A stretch of 55,023 bases of DNA from Gammaproteobacteria bacterium (GTDB taxonomy: Bacteria > Pseudomonadota > Gammaproteobacteria > Steroidobacterales > PWYM01), in NCBI GenBank assembly GCA_041745895.1, contig JBGTIC010000438.1, positions 1 to 55,023 of the forward strand, given 5' to 3'. The notes beneath the pieces were generated by a model. That model was given only the letters and a program-made list of their open reading frames with translations. It was not told the DNA's origin and ran no database searches. The stretch's first letter is position 1. Each line of letters opens with the position of its first letter. The position numbers and the translations under genes were made by a program. Shown one piece after another: positions 29,117 through 37,711 of the stretch.

Positions 29117-30019
29117 TCACTCCCAGCGGGTCCAAGTGCGAAGAAAGTCAGGGTGGTCGGCGGCAATGCGTTCGCGCATGGCTTCGGGCACGGCGAGGCG
29201 ATCTTCCGTGCGGCACTTGGCACCGATCAGGCGCATGTTCTGCACGCCGGGTATCGAACTCATCTCCAGCCAGCCGACGAAACTGTTGAGTGTGGTGTAG
29301 CTGAAGGTGCAGTCGATCCAGTCGGACTCAGGCCGCTGAAGATCTGCCGCGGCACAGATGAAGGTGGCCAGCGAAGTCGAAATGCGTTCCGGGCGGGCCT
29401 CGGCATCCTCAGTGCCTGGCATGCCAGGCAGCTTCACATACAGATCTTCGGTCAGTGCCACAATGCCGCCGACTTCCGCGAGCCGCGTCACCTCGCCACG
29501 AAACTCTATGCCGGCAGGCAGCTGCGCGATCGGGTGCACACCGGTCCCGGAGAATCGCAGCTGCTGCGGTGAACGATAGTGCCGCGGGCGCACCTGCGCG
29601 CCGGTAAAGGGATTGATCAGCGCCTCGAGCACCTCGCCGGTCGAGAGATCACAGAAGTAGCCGACTTCTTCGAGTTGCAGATCCCATGCGCCATCATCAC
29701 GCGCCGTGATCCGGGTGAAACTCAGGCCTTCGATTCTGGTGACCTCACGCGCCAGCTGCCTCTCGGGCTTGACCACCAGCACACCGGAGTACACCCACAT
29801 GACGGGTGCGCCGTCGGGTGAGCTGCGCATACGCATGCTGTCACGCAACAGCGGCGTGGCATCGAGGTCACGTCGGGGCGCGGTGGTGCCAGCGGACATC
29901 TGCGCGGCAGCGGCCGCCATGCCGACGCCGGGGGCAAGCATCAACAAACCCAGATGTCCAAGCATCTCCCGTCGCGATGTATGCGCCCTCGCAGGTGCGC
30001 AGTCCGATTGCTTATTCAC
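29117..30019 (-). CDS. D5: divergent DUF1838-like family protein (C-terminal PGH block degenerate)
   Basis: SRREMLGHLGLLMLAPG leader. FCDLSTGEVLEALINPFTGAQVRP. The C-block reads WLEMSSIPGVQNM. Proposed GTG start at 30019 overlaps the upstream stop (GTGAATAA); start uncertain. Confidence 0.65.
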   Translation of the reverse strand: MNKQSDCAPARAHTSRREMLGHLGLLMLAPGVGMAAAAAQMSAGTTAPRRDLDATPLLRDSMRMRSSPDGAPVMWVYSGVLVVKPERQLAREVTRIEGLSFTRITARDDGAWDLQLEEVGYFCDLSTGEVLEALINPFTGAQVRPRHYRSPQQLRFSGTGVHPIAQLPAGIEFRGEVTRLAEVGGIVALTEDLYVKLPGMPGTEDAEARPERISTSLATFICAAADLQRPESDWIDCTFSYTTLNSFVGWLEMSSIPGVQNMRLIGAKCRTEDRLAVPEAMRERIAADHPDFLRTWTRWE

Positions 30020-30941
30020 GGCTGATGATCTCCACGAGGTCGGCATTGAATCGCTTCGCAGCCTCAACGAAAGGGGAATGCCCGACCCCGGAGTAGACAC
30101 GAACTTCAATGTTGGACTTGTGCCCGAGCGCCTCGCTTATCACTGCAGCATTCAGACTGAAGTCGGCCTCGCCGATCACCAGCAACATCGGCAGGGTCAG
30201 GTCACTGATCAGATCGGAGTTATCGAGGCTTTTGCCGACGAATGCCCGGCGAACGTAAGGCGGCAACATGACATGAGAAAACTCTCCGCGAACCCGGATC
30301 TCGTCGGGCAGGGGCTGGGCACTCATGAGACTCATGAACTCGCGGGCACTTTCGATCGCCGCCTGCAGGTCGTTGGAGAAATCAGGCGTCGCGCCGACAG
30401 GTCGCCTGAGCAGGCCGCCATGACTGCCGGTGAACAGCAGACCCGAGAGGGGTTGCTGGCCGTACCTTCGCACGTAATCCAGTGCGACAAAGCCGCCAAA
30501 TGACCAGGCGACCAGCCACGGCTGATGGATGTCGAGGGTCTGCATGACCATCGCAAGGTCATCGGCCCACGGCTCGTGGCCCTGGTACGCTTCAGGAGTC
30601 CAAGGCTTTCCCGAAGCGCCGTGGCCGCGCAGGTCCAGCGCGATCAGGCGATACCGCTGTGCAAGATCAGCATCATCGAGCTGTGCACGCCAGCTCAGGT
30701 AGCTCTGTGAGAAGCCGTGCAGGAAGACCACCGGCACACCGGCCCGGTTGCCCGTCTCCACCACGTTCAGCGGCACGCCGTCGTGAGAGACGATCTCGTG
30801 AAAGGTGTAGTTTTGTGCAGACGCAGCGTCACGGGGGTCGGCGATCGCACCGGTGCCAGCCAGACACACCAACAGAGCGGCAAGCAAGGGGCTTCGCATC
30901 AGCACCCGACTGCTTTTTGATTGGATCGACCAACCACCCAT
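30012..30941 (-). CDS. Exported alpha/beta hydrolase (paralog of 6933-7856)
   Basis: Signal MRSPLLAALLVCLAGTGAIA. VVFLHGFSQSYLSW. Nucleophile elbow AWSFGG. GVGHSPF. ATGA overlap with the D6 stop at 30941; alternative ATG at 30899. Confidence 0.75.
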   Translation of the reverse strand: MGGWSIQSKSSRVLMRSPLLAALLVCLAGTGAIADPRDAASAQNYTFHEIVSHDGVPLNVVETGNRAGVPVVFLHGFSQSYLSWRAQLDDADLAQRYRLIALDLRGHGASGKPWTPEAYQGHEPWADDLAMVMQTLDIHQPWLVAWSFGGFVALDYVRRYGQQPLSGLLFTGSHGGLLRRPVGATPDFSNDLQAAIESAREFMSLMSAQPLPDEIRVRGEFSHVMLPPYVRRAFVGKSLDNSDLISDLTLPMLLVIGEADFSLNAAVISEALGHKSNIEVRVYSGVGHSPFVEAAKRFNADLVEIISRE

Positions 30942-31807
30942 CAGCGTTCGAACCTGCCGGCTGCTTCATCGAGCGCGCCGATCGGATCGGATGCAATCTG
31001 CGGAGAAACCTCAGCCAGCCGCGCACGCCACCCATCAGGAAGATCGGCATAACTGCGGCACTTCCTCCCGGCCATCCTGGAAGTCAGGTTGCCGGGCCGA
31101 TCCCCCATATTCATCCATCGCTGCCAGCCGGTCACTTCGGCGAAAAACACCGTGGCCTCGCCCATGGTCACAGCCGGGTCCGCGAGGTTCCTCATGCTGC
31201 CGTGGTACACGGCGATGTCATTGACCTCGAACGGCGTCGCCCGCCCCGCCGTAAACACACGCGCCACGGACTCGTCGCGCAAGAATACGTCATCACCGAC
31301 GATGATCGGCGGATGGGAAGTCGCAGTGGCCTCCAGCGGCGTGCCGCCCAGCTCGGTCGGCAGGACGCGGGTATTGTCCGCGCGATAACGCAGGGTGATT
31401 GGCCCGACGGGGTTGAACGCTACCGGCAGGACCTCGCCTGTATACGGATTGCGCCACTGCTCGAGCGGCTCGCCTGTCTCGAGGTCGAGCATGAAGAGCA
31501 TCTCGAGCTGGGTAAGCTCCAGACCGCCATCCTCGAGCACGCGTACCCGCTGAATGGTGCCTACACTGCTGGTGTAGAGCGGCGTCAGCGTTGAGCCGAC
31601 CTGCCCGATTTTGGGCCCCTGCAACCACCAGAAAAGCAGCCCGTCGTCGCTGCGCAGCTTCAGCTTGCGCAGCAACAGGATCGGATCAATCCCCGTCGGC
31701 GCCAGGGTATTTTCGGCATGAGCGAGTGTCGGTATCGACAAGCACGCAGCCGGAACGGCCAGCATGCCCAGGGAGGTGCCTAGAAAACTTCGGCGATCGA
31801 GGTTCAT
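30941..31807 (-). CDS. D6: Tat-exported DUF1838-like family protein
   Basis: MNLDRRSFLGTSLGMLAV. MLDLETGEPLEQWRNPYTGEVLPV. WQRWMNMGDRPGNLTS (His replaced by Asn). The 122-aa N-terminal extension in the ORF track is rejected. Confidence 0.8.
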   Translation of the reverse strand: MNLDRRSFLGTSLGMLAVPAACLSIPTLAHAENTLAPTGIDPILLLRKLKLRSDDGLLFWWLQGPKIGQVGSTLTPLYTSSVGTIQRVRVLEDGGLELTQLEMLFMLDLETGEPLEQWRNPYTGEVLPVAFNPVGPITLRYRADNTRVLPTELGGTPLEATATSHPPIIVGDDVFLRDESVARVFTAGRATPFEVNDIAVYHGSMRNLADPAVTMGEATVFFAEVTGWQRWMNMGDRPGNLTSRMAGRKCRSYADLPDGWRARLAEVSPQIASDPIGALDEAAGRFER

Positions 31808-31852
31808 ATGGAGGACTTGTATCCGTCGGCCTTTAGAAAGGACATACTCGCT

Positions 31853-31870
31853 GTGATCATTTTTGATCAC
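31853..31870. promoter_or_regulatory. Perfect inverted repeat GTGATCA-tttt-TGATCAC in the D6/D7 divergent intergenic region
   Basis: Read directly, 46 nt upstream of the D6 start. Candidate operator only. Confidence 0.3.
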
Positions 31871-32060
31871 CTGGCGCGTTCCGGGGGGATATTCTTCGTC
31901 GCATCCGAGAGATTTTCGTGAATCGGCGTTTACGCAGCCCTCTATTTCGCGAATCCAGGCTTGCGGTGCGCGAGTCAGGCACGCCGGAACCGATACCGCG
32001 TGTTTCCAGACGACACTGGAGCAGAGAAATGGATCGCGCCCACCAGGCGGAGAACGGACG

Positions 32061-32864
32061 ATGACAAACCGGCGGCAGGTACTCGCAGGTCTGGCCGGCA
32101 TGAGTACTTCAATCGTCGCGGCAGCCGACGGCGGCAGCAAGCGCGCGCTCGACCTCGATGATCCGGCGACCAACCTGCTTGCCTACGTCAAGCTGCGCGG
32201 CAGCCTCGACAGCGAGCCGGTATACGACATCGTTCGGGGACAGGTTTTCGCGCTGGTGGCCGGCGAGCAGGCCCGGCCGCTGTTCAAAATGATTGGCGCG
32301 CAGCGCTCAACCTACGCGCGGCAGTCGACGTTGGCGTACGCCGCCAGTACACACTACCTCGGCTGGCTGCTGGACTGGCAGACCGAGCGGCCGTTGCAGG
32401 CGTGGTCCAATCCATGGACTGGCGAGCACTGTGAGGTACCGGCCACGCGATACGGTCCTTCCTCCGTGCGGATACTCGCAGACCGTATGGTGCCGTCAAC
32501 TGACGCCAGCGAGGCACTGCCGGGCAGCCGGCGGCCCTGGTTCCTGATGGGTGGTGTTGTCCACATGCTCGACGAGATCGTCATGCCCGCACCGGCCGAA
32601 GCGCTGTATCCAAAGGCCGACCTGATGACGTTTTCAGGAGACTGCCAACACCTCGTCGACCCGGCACGCTCCAGGATTACCTCGCGCCTGAGCTTCTCGG
32701 CGGTGGAAGGCTGGCGGGACTGGATGCAGATGGACCGTCCGGGCGTCTTGTGGTGGCACGTCGCCGGCATCAAGCTTGACGGGCCACAGGCCTATCCGCC
32801 GGAGCTGAAGGCGCTGCTGGATTCTGCTGATCCCAAGTTTTTCCAGCCAATCGCTCAAGCGTGA
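32061..32864 (+). CDS. D7: Tat-exported DUF1838-like family protein
   Basis: RBS GGAG then ATG 32061. MTNRRQVLAGLAGMST. NLLAYVKLRGSLD. LLDWQTERPLQAWSNPWTGEHCEV. WRDWMQMDRPGVLWWH (shortened C-block, no His at the usual position). Confidence 0.8.
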   Translation: MTNRRQVLAGLAGMSTSIVAAADGGSKRALDLDDPATNLLAYVKLRGSLDSEPVYDIVRGQVFALVAGEQARPLFKMIGAQRSTYARQSTLAYAASTHYLGWLLDWQTERPLQAWSNPWTGEHCEVPATRYGPSSVRILADRMVPSTDASEALPGSRRPWFLMGGVVHMLDEIVMPAPAEALYPKADLMTFSGDCQHLVDPARSRITSRLSFSAVEGWRDWMQMDRPGVLWWHVAGIKLDGPQAYPPELKALLDSADPKFFQPIAQA

Positions 32865-32994
32865 ACACGCGACGCTTGCTATAAGTTGGGCGTTCGGGCG
32901 TCACGAGTGTTGCATTTTGAGTATGCGCCGCCTCTATAGCCTCTACAACAGAACTGATTGGATTTATCGGGTTAGCCTGAAGATACTCGGGTCA

Positions 32995-33016
32995 ATACAG
33001 TCGTATGTGACTGTAT
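32995..33016. promoter_or_regulatory. Perfect inverted repeat ATACAGTC-gtatgt-GACTGTAT 30 nt upstream of the second TBDR gene
   Basis: Read directly. Could be an operator or a 5'-UTR hairpin. Confidence 0.3.
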
Positions 33017-33046
33017 GCCAACACCATAAAACCAAGGGGAAGGGGC

Positions 33047-35398
33047 ATGATATCAACGCGTGCAGGCGTACTGGTTCTGGCAACGCTGGCCACCAGTGTT
33101 TCAATGGCTCAGTCCGGCAGCGCTCCGGGGACCCGGGTGATCGAGGAGATCACGGTCACGGCGCGAAAGACCGAGGAGAGCCTCCAGGATGTGCCCATTT
33201 CGGTTTCGGCATTTACCAAGCTGGAAATGGATCGACGAGGATTCCGTGGACTCGAGGGCGTTGCGCTGGCCACACCTGGTCTTTCTTTCGAGGATTACGG
33301 TGGTGGTTTTGGCGTGCCAGTGGTGCGCGGCGGCTCCCAGCTGCGCATTCAGGATCTCGATGCCACGACTTCCGTGTATCTGGACGGCATCTACCTTGCC
33401 CGCCAATACGCCATAGACGTCGGCACCGCGGCGCTGGATCGCATCGAAGTGGTCAAGGGCCCACAAAGTGCCCTGTTCGGGCGGAACGCCTTCCTGGGCG
33501 CCATCAATTACGTCAGTGCCCGCCCAAGCGACGAGCTGGGCGTGGAGTTCAGCGGCACAATCGGCTCGGACGAGCGCTACGACCTTTCGGGTGAGATATC
33601 CGGGCCGATTCTCGGTGAAATGCTGCGCGGACGTCTGCTCGTTGCCCATTCCGAATTCGATGGGACCTTCCGCAACGAGTTCCCGGCCGTCGATAACAGG
33701 AACTACGGAAGGCGTGGCACGACCGGCAACATCGGTGGATTCGAGACCCGGACGGTCGGCATCAACCTGGATTCCCAACTCACTGATGCCCTTTCGCTGG
33801 AGTTGAATTACTACAACTTCCGGCGTTTCGAGGAGGTCACACCGTCAGTGCGGACCGAGGCGGCATTCGGCGACACCAACTGCTCGTTCGATCCCAATTT
33901 CCTTGGGGGACGGAATCGCTTCTACTGCGGTGAGATTCCCCAGCGGTTCACGCCACTGCCGGGCGGGGCTCCGGAAGGCACCCGATATGCCGTTGACCCG
34001 CGTGCCTTTTCGATGGATGCGAGGACCGACTTCGCCTCGGCCACCGCGCGATACGAGCTCAATGACAACTGGGGGGCGGTCTACCAGTTCGGCTACTCGG
34101 ATTCCCAGATCGTTGCCGCAGGCTCGAATGATCGTGATCCGGTGCTCGGCAGCGCTTTTATCGGAACCCCGGTCATGGGCGTCAACGTGACACCCGCAGG
34201 GACCAACAAGTACCGGTCGCACGAACTTCGTGTCGAGTACGATCAGGGCCAGTGGTCGGGACTGATGGGCGTGTTCACCGGGAAGATTGACGACTTGGAC
34301 GTGTTCGATTTTGCCTTCGCCCGCTTTCGCGATCCCGAGCCGTTCAACATCAGCCCGACGCTAGGCCTCACTTGCCCGGACTGTCCGCTTGCCTTGGCCC
34401 TGACCCGGGCGGCCACGGAGGTGGACACAAGGGCAGTCTTCGCCCGTGTGGGATGGGAGTCGGCCGACAGCCGCTGGCGTCTGGGTGCCGAGGCGCGTTA
34501 CCAGGATGAAAAGAAGGATCTGGACCCGAACACCCGCAATCCGGCCAGCCCGCGCTTTGCGGACAACTGGAAGACCTTCACCCCGCGTCTCACGGTCGAT
34601 TATCGGCTGAACGATGACCAGATGGTGTATTCAAGTCTCGCCAGGGGCGCCAAGTCGGGCGGCTTCAACAATACCGTCTTTGATGAATCCCAGCGCGCCT
34701 TCGACCCGGACGAGAACTGGACGTTCGAGATCGGCAGCAAGAACAGCCTGCTGGATGGCCGAGTGCGGCTCAACGGCGCGGTCTATTACACCGACTGGGA
34801 TGATCTGCAGATCAACAGCTCGCCAATTGGCATTCCCCCGGGCGTGCAGCCGCCGGCAATCGTTGCCAACACAGGTGGTGCGAAGATCTGGGGTGCAGAA
34901 ATGGACGGCACGTGGCTGGCCACGGACATGCTGTCGTTCGACTACGCGGTGTCCTACACCAAGGCTGAATACACCAGCAACTCGATAAGCGCACGCATCG
35001 GCCTTACCGGCGCCTGCGACGGAATTGTATGTCCTGCTGACGGCAGTATCGGCGGCAACCAGCTGCAGCGCCAGCCTGCATTCCAGCTCAGCGTCGGCGC
35101 GGCACTCGAGGGCAGTTTCGCCGGCGACTGGAACTGGTATGCCCGCGGGGATGTAAACCACCAGAGCAAGCAGTACATGGACGAGCTCAACCTGGCATGG
35201 GTGCCGGACCGCACACTCGTCAACCTCCGCTTCGAGCTCAACAGGGGGCCCATGACTGCATCCCTGTGGGTCAAGAACCTGCTTGACGAGGAGTATGGCG
35301 CCAACGGCTTCTTCATTGCCACGCCGTTCGGCACCGCCTATGCCACGCTGCTGGGCGACCTGCGCACCTATGGCCTCACGCTGACCTACAGGCTCTAA
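33047..35398 (+). CDS. TonB-dependent outer-membrane receptor
   Basis: Signal peptide. Plug IEEITVTARKTEESLQDVPISVSAF and IEVVKGPQSALFGRNAF. Beta-barrel. C-terminal LTLTYRL. Confidence 0.9.
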   Translation: MISTRAGVLVLATLATSVSMAQSGSAPGTRVIEEITVTARKTEESLQDVPISVSAFTKLEMDRRGFRGLEGVALATPGLSFEDYGGGFGVPVVRGGSQLRIQDLDATTSVYLDGIYLARQYAIDVGTAALDRIEVVKGPQSALFGRNAFLGAINYVSARPSDELGVEFSGTIGSDERYDLSGEISGPILGEMLRGRLLVAHSEFDGTFRNEFPAVDNRNYGRRGTTGNIGGFETRTVGINLDSQLTDALSLELNYYNFRRFEEVTPSVRTEAAFGDTNCSFDPNFLGGRNRFYCGEIPQRFTPLPGGAPEGTRYAVDPRAFSMDARTDFASATARYELNDNWGAVYQFGYSDSQIVAAGSNDRDPVLGSAFIGTPVMGVNVTPAGTNKYRSHELRVEYDQGQWSGLMGVFTGKIDDLDVFDFAFARFRDPEPFNISPTLGLTCPDCPLALALTRAATEVDTRAVFARVGWESADSRWRLGAEARYQDEKKDLDPNTRNPASPRFADNWKTFTPRLTVDYRLNDDQMVYSSLARGAKSGGFNNTVFDESQRAFDPDENWTFEIGSKNSLLDGRVRLNGAVYYTDWDDLQINSSPIGIPPGVQPPAIVANTGGAKIWGAEMDGTWLATDMLSFDYAVSYTKAEYTSNSISARIGLTGACDGIVCPADGSIGGNQLQRQPAFQLSVGAALEGSFAGDWNWYARGDVNHQSKQYMDELNLAWVPDRTLVNLRFELNRGPMTASLWVKNLLDEEYGANGFFIATPFGTAYATLLGDLRTYGLTLTYRL

Positions 35399-35437
35399 GG
35401 GGGCGTCTGGCACTGAGCAGCAACAGATCAGCCACAG

Positions 35438-36667
35438 ATGGGTCGAACCTATCGTGTGATCGCCGTCCTTGCCGCCGTCACCCTCGTGGTGACGGCGGCA
35501 ATATTGGTTGACTGGCGGTTCTGGTACCGCTGGCACACACTCCCAGAGGATGCCGGGGAATGGCCCGACAGCTTCTACCAGCCTGCGCTCACCATACCGG
35601 GTGACGCGAAAGCGTTCTTCCCGAGCGCGGATGCGGATCAACTGACGATCGCCAGCACGGCCCTTGAGGCCGCGGCGGACTGGGCAGCGGAGCACAACAG
35701 TGCGGCGTTGCTGGTCCTGCACAAGGGCGTCGTGCAGCTGGAGCGCTACTGGCAGGGAATAGGGCCTGATTCGCCGTTCACTGGGCGGGCCATGACCCGA
35801 TCCCTGATCCCACTGTTGATTGCGATCGCAATCGAAGATGGCCATATCGCGAGTGTTGATGATCCGGTCGGCAGGTATCTCCCCGAGTGGTCGGACGATC
35901 CGCGTGGGGTAATCACCATCCGCCAGCTGCTGCAGAACGTCAGTGGGCTGGAGAACCCGGGATTGACGGGTGACCCGACCCCTGGCAACAAGAACAACCG
36001 CCTGTCTCTGGGTTCCAACATGCGCAAGACAGCCCTGAGCTTCGAGCTGGAACACGAACCGGGGGAGTTCTTCCAGCTATCCAATGTCAATGCACAGCTG
36101 CTGGGTGTGCTGCTTGAATCGGCAACCGGCGAGAACTATCAGGACTATATGAACCGCAGGCTATGGGCCCCGCTGGGTGCCGGACCGGCGATTTTCTACA
36201 TGGACCGTCCGAACGGGATGCCCGCCACGTACTGCTGCTTCAGGGCGACGCCGCGCGACTGGGTGCGGGTCGGCGCAGCGCTGTCCCAGGATGGCCAGAC
36301 AGGCAACCAGCGCCTTTGGGCCGCCGGCTGGGTTGAAGAGATGACAACCCCCTCTGCGGCCTATCCCAACTATGGCTATCAGATCTGGACAGGCAATCCG
36401 CAAGGCACGGTGCGGCCATATTCTCAGGGAGATTCCGACGGGTACGGGGTACCGCATGGGGCGCCGATAGCGGCTGATCGCGTGTACTTCCTGGAGGGGG
36501 GTGGATACAGGACGATGGTCGTGCTGCCTGACCATGATCTGGTGATCCTGCGCCTGGGCTACTTCCATCCGGACTGGCAGACCTCAACCATTCCCAATCT
36601 TGTCCTCGCCGGGATCGAATCCGACGGCGCGGACTCGGCGCCGGAGCGTGTCGGCGCCGAACGGTAA
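35438..36667 (+). CDS. Beta-lactamase/serine-hydrolase-fold protein lacking canonical SxxK and YxN motifs; N-terminal membrane anchor or signal
   Basis: Overall pattern of PF00144-type proteins (ALLVLHKGVVQLERY, ..IEDGHIASVDDPVGRYLPEW, ITIRQLLQNVSGL, QLSNVNAQLLGVLLE..TG..Y.DY). The SxxK position reads A-M-T-R and the YxN position reads L-S-N. Confidence 0.6.
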   Translation: MGRTYRVIAVLAAVTLVVTAAILVDWRFWYRWHTLPEDAGEWPDSFYQPALTIPGDAKAFFPSADADQLTIASTALEAAADWAAEHNSAALLVLHKGVVQLERYWQGIGPDSPFTGRAMTRSLIPLLIAIAIEDGHIASVDDPVGRYLPEWSDDPRGVITIRQLLQNVSGLENPGLTGDPTPGNKNNRLSLGSNMRKTALSFELEHEPGEFFQLSNVNAQLLGVLLESATGENYQDYMNRRLWAPLGAGPAIFYMDRPNGMPATYCCFRATPRDWVRVGAALSQDGQTGNQRLWAAGWVEEMTTPSAAYPNYGYQIWTGNPQGTVRPYSQGDSDGYGVPHGAPIAADRVYFLEGGGYRTMVVLPDHDLVILRLGYFHPDWQTSTIPNLVLAGIESDGADSAPERVGAER

Positions 36668-36726
36668 AGAGAAGTCATCGGCGTGCTCGCCGATCATGTT
36701 GGCACCGAATCTTGCAGAGGTCTGCC

Positions 36727-37701
36727 ATGAAAGTTGATGAAACGTTCCGTCAGGCGCTTGACAACAGCAACCCGGAATCGGGCCAGCACCTGCCGGACGC
36801 GATTTCCCGACGCGCGTTCTGCGGCGCGGCGTTGCCGGCTGCGCTCCTGCCAGCTGCTGTGCTACCGGCCACGCTGGTACCGGCGGTCAGTTCAGGCGCG
36901 GACGCATTGGGGTTGAACAGCCAGAGTGATCTACTCAAGGCGATGATCAAGATGAGGGGCAGCCTCGACAACGAAATGGTCATTGGCTGGATACGCGCCA
37001 AGCGTTTCGCAGTGTCGCAGGGCCAGGTCGAGCCAGTTTATGGTTTGGTGGCGGCGACGCTGAGTCGATGGACGCGCATCTCCGATGACCTTTACAGTGC
37101 GGTGGTGCTGGAGATCACCCACTACACGGATCTTCGTACCGGTGAACTGCTTGACACCGTCGTCATGCCATTCTCCGGGAAAGAGGTCGTGGTTCCCGCC
37201 TATCGCTTTGGTCCTGAGACCGTGCGCTTCGCCGTAAGTCTGGATGAGGAGTTTGCCTACGCCCCGATTGCCGGGACCACCGAAGGCGAGTTCGCGCCAG
37301 CGGGGAGTGTACACATGACCAGGTCCACTGAACAAGAGCTTTTGACTGACGACGAGCTGTTTATCAGACATGAGGAGTATGGTCGCGTCTATCCCCATGC
37401 CAGCGATTACCCGAGCATGTTCTACAAAGAGTCGACGCTCTGGACGGCACCGACGCGGCAGGTTCTGGCAAGGGATACGGCACGCGTAAACTCACGCGTC
37501 TTCTATTCGGCCATGACCAGCTGGCGACCGTGGATGCAGATGGGCGACATCTTAGGCCACACCACATCCAACGGCATGGGTGGAACAGTCGGCTCCATAG
37601 CCGACCTGCCCGAAGACTTCCTCCGCTTTACGCAGCAGGTTCATCCGGATTGGATTGCCGATCCGGAAGCTGCACTTGATGCACGCAAGACCGAGTCCTG
37701 A
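36727..37701 (+). CDS. D8: Tat-exported DUF1838-like family protein
   Basis: ISRRAFCGAALPAAL. DLLKAMIKMRGSLD. YTDLRTGELLDTVVMPFSGKEVVV. WRPWMQMGDILGHTTSNGMGG. Confidence 0.8.
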   Translation: MKVDETFRQALDNSNPESGQHLPDAISRRAFCGAALPAALLPAAVLPATLVPAVSSGADALGLNSQSDLLKAMIKMRGSLDNEMVIGWIRAKRFAVSQGQVEPVYGLVAATLSRWTRISDDLYSAVVLEITHYTDLRTGELLDTVVMPFSGKEVVVPAYRFGPETVRFAVSLDEEFAYAPIAGTTEGEFAPAGSVHMTRSTEQELLTDDELFIRHEEYGRVYPHASDYPSMFYKESTLWTAPTRQVLARDTARVNSRVFYSAMTSWRPWMQMGDILGHTTSNGMGGTVGSIADLPEDFLRFTQQVHPDWIADPEAALDARKTES

Positions 37702-37711
37702 GAGGTTCCAT

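Noticed and set aside
31808-32173. Long N-terminal extensions in the ORF track (D6 410 aa, D4 350 aa, D7 333 aa, Fe-S protein 522 aa, PPIase 390 aa, ParC 809 aa, fusion 1292 aa)
   Set aside because: The extensions overlap upstream genes or lack similarity to paralogs. Internal ATG/GTG starts directly precede the Tat or signal peptides and often follow an RBS.
32865-33046. Possible cobalamin or other riboswitch ahead of the TonB-dependent receptors (also checked 26866-27010)
   Set aside because: I could not find a B12-box-like GCCACTG element or any other riboswitch core I recognise. Only the simple inverted repeat is reported.
34631-36055. 474-aa minus-strand ORF spanning the end of the TBDR gene and the start of the beta-lactamase-fold gene
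   Set aside because: It crosses an intergenic gap between two well-supported plus-strand genes. Composition is Arg/Val/Gly-rich and no motifs are present. Shadow ORF.
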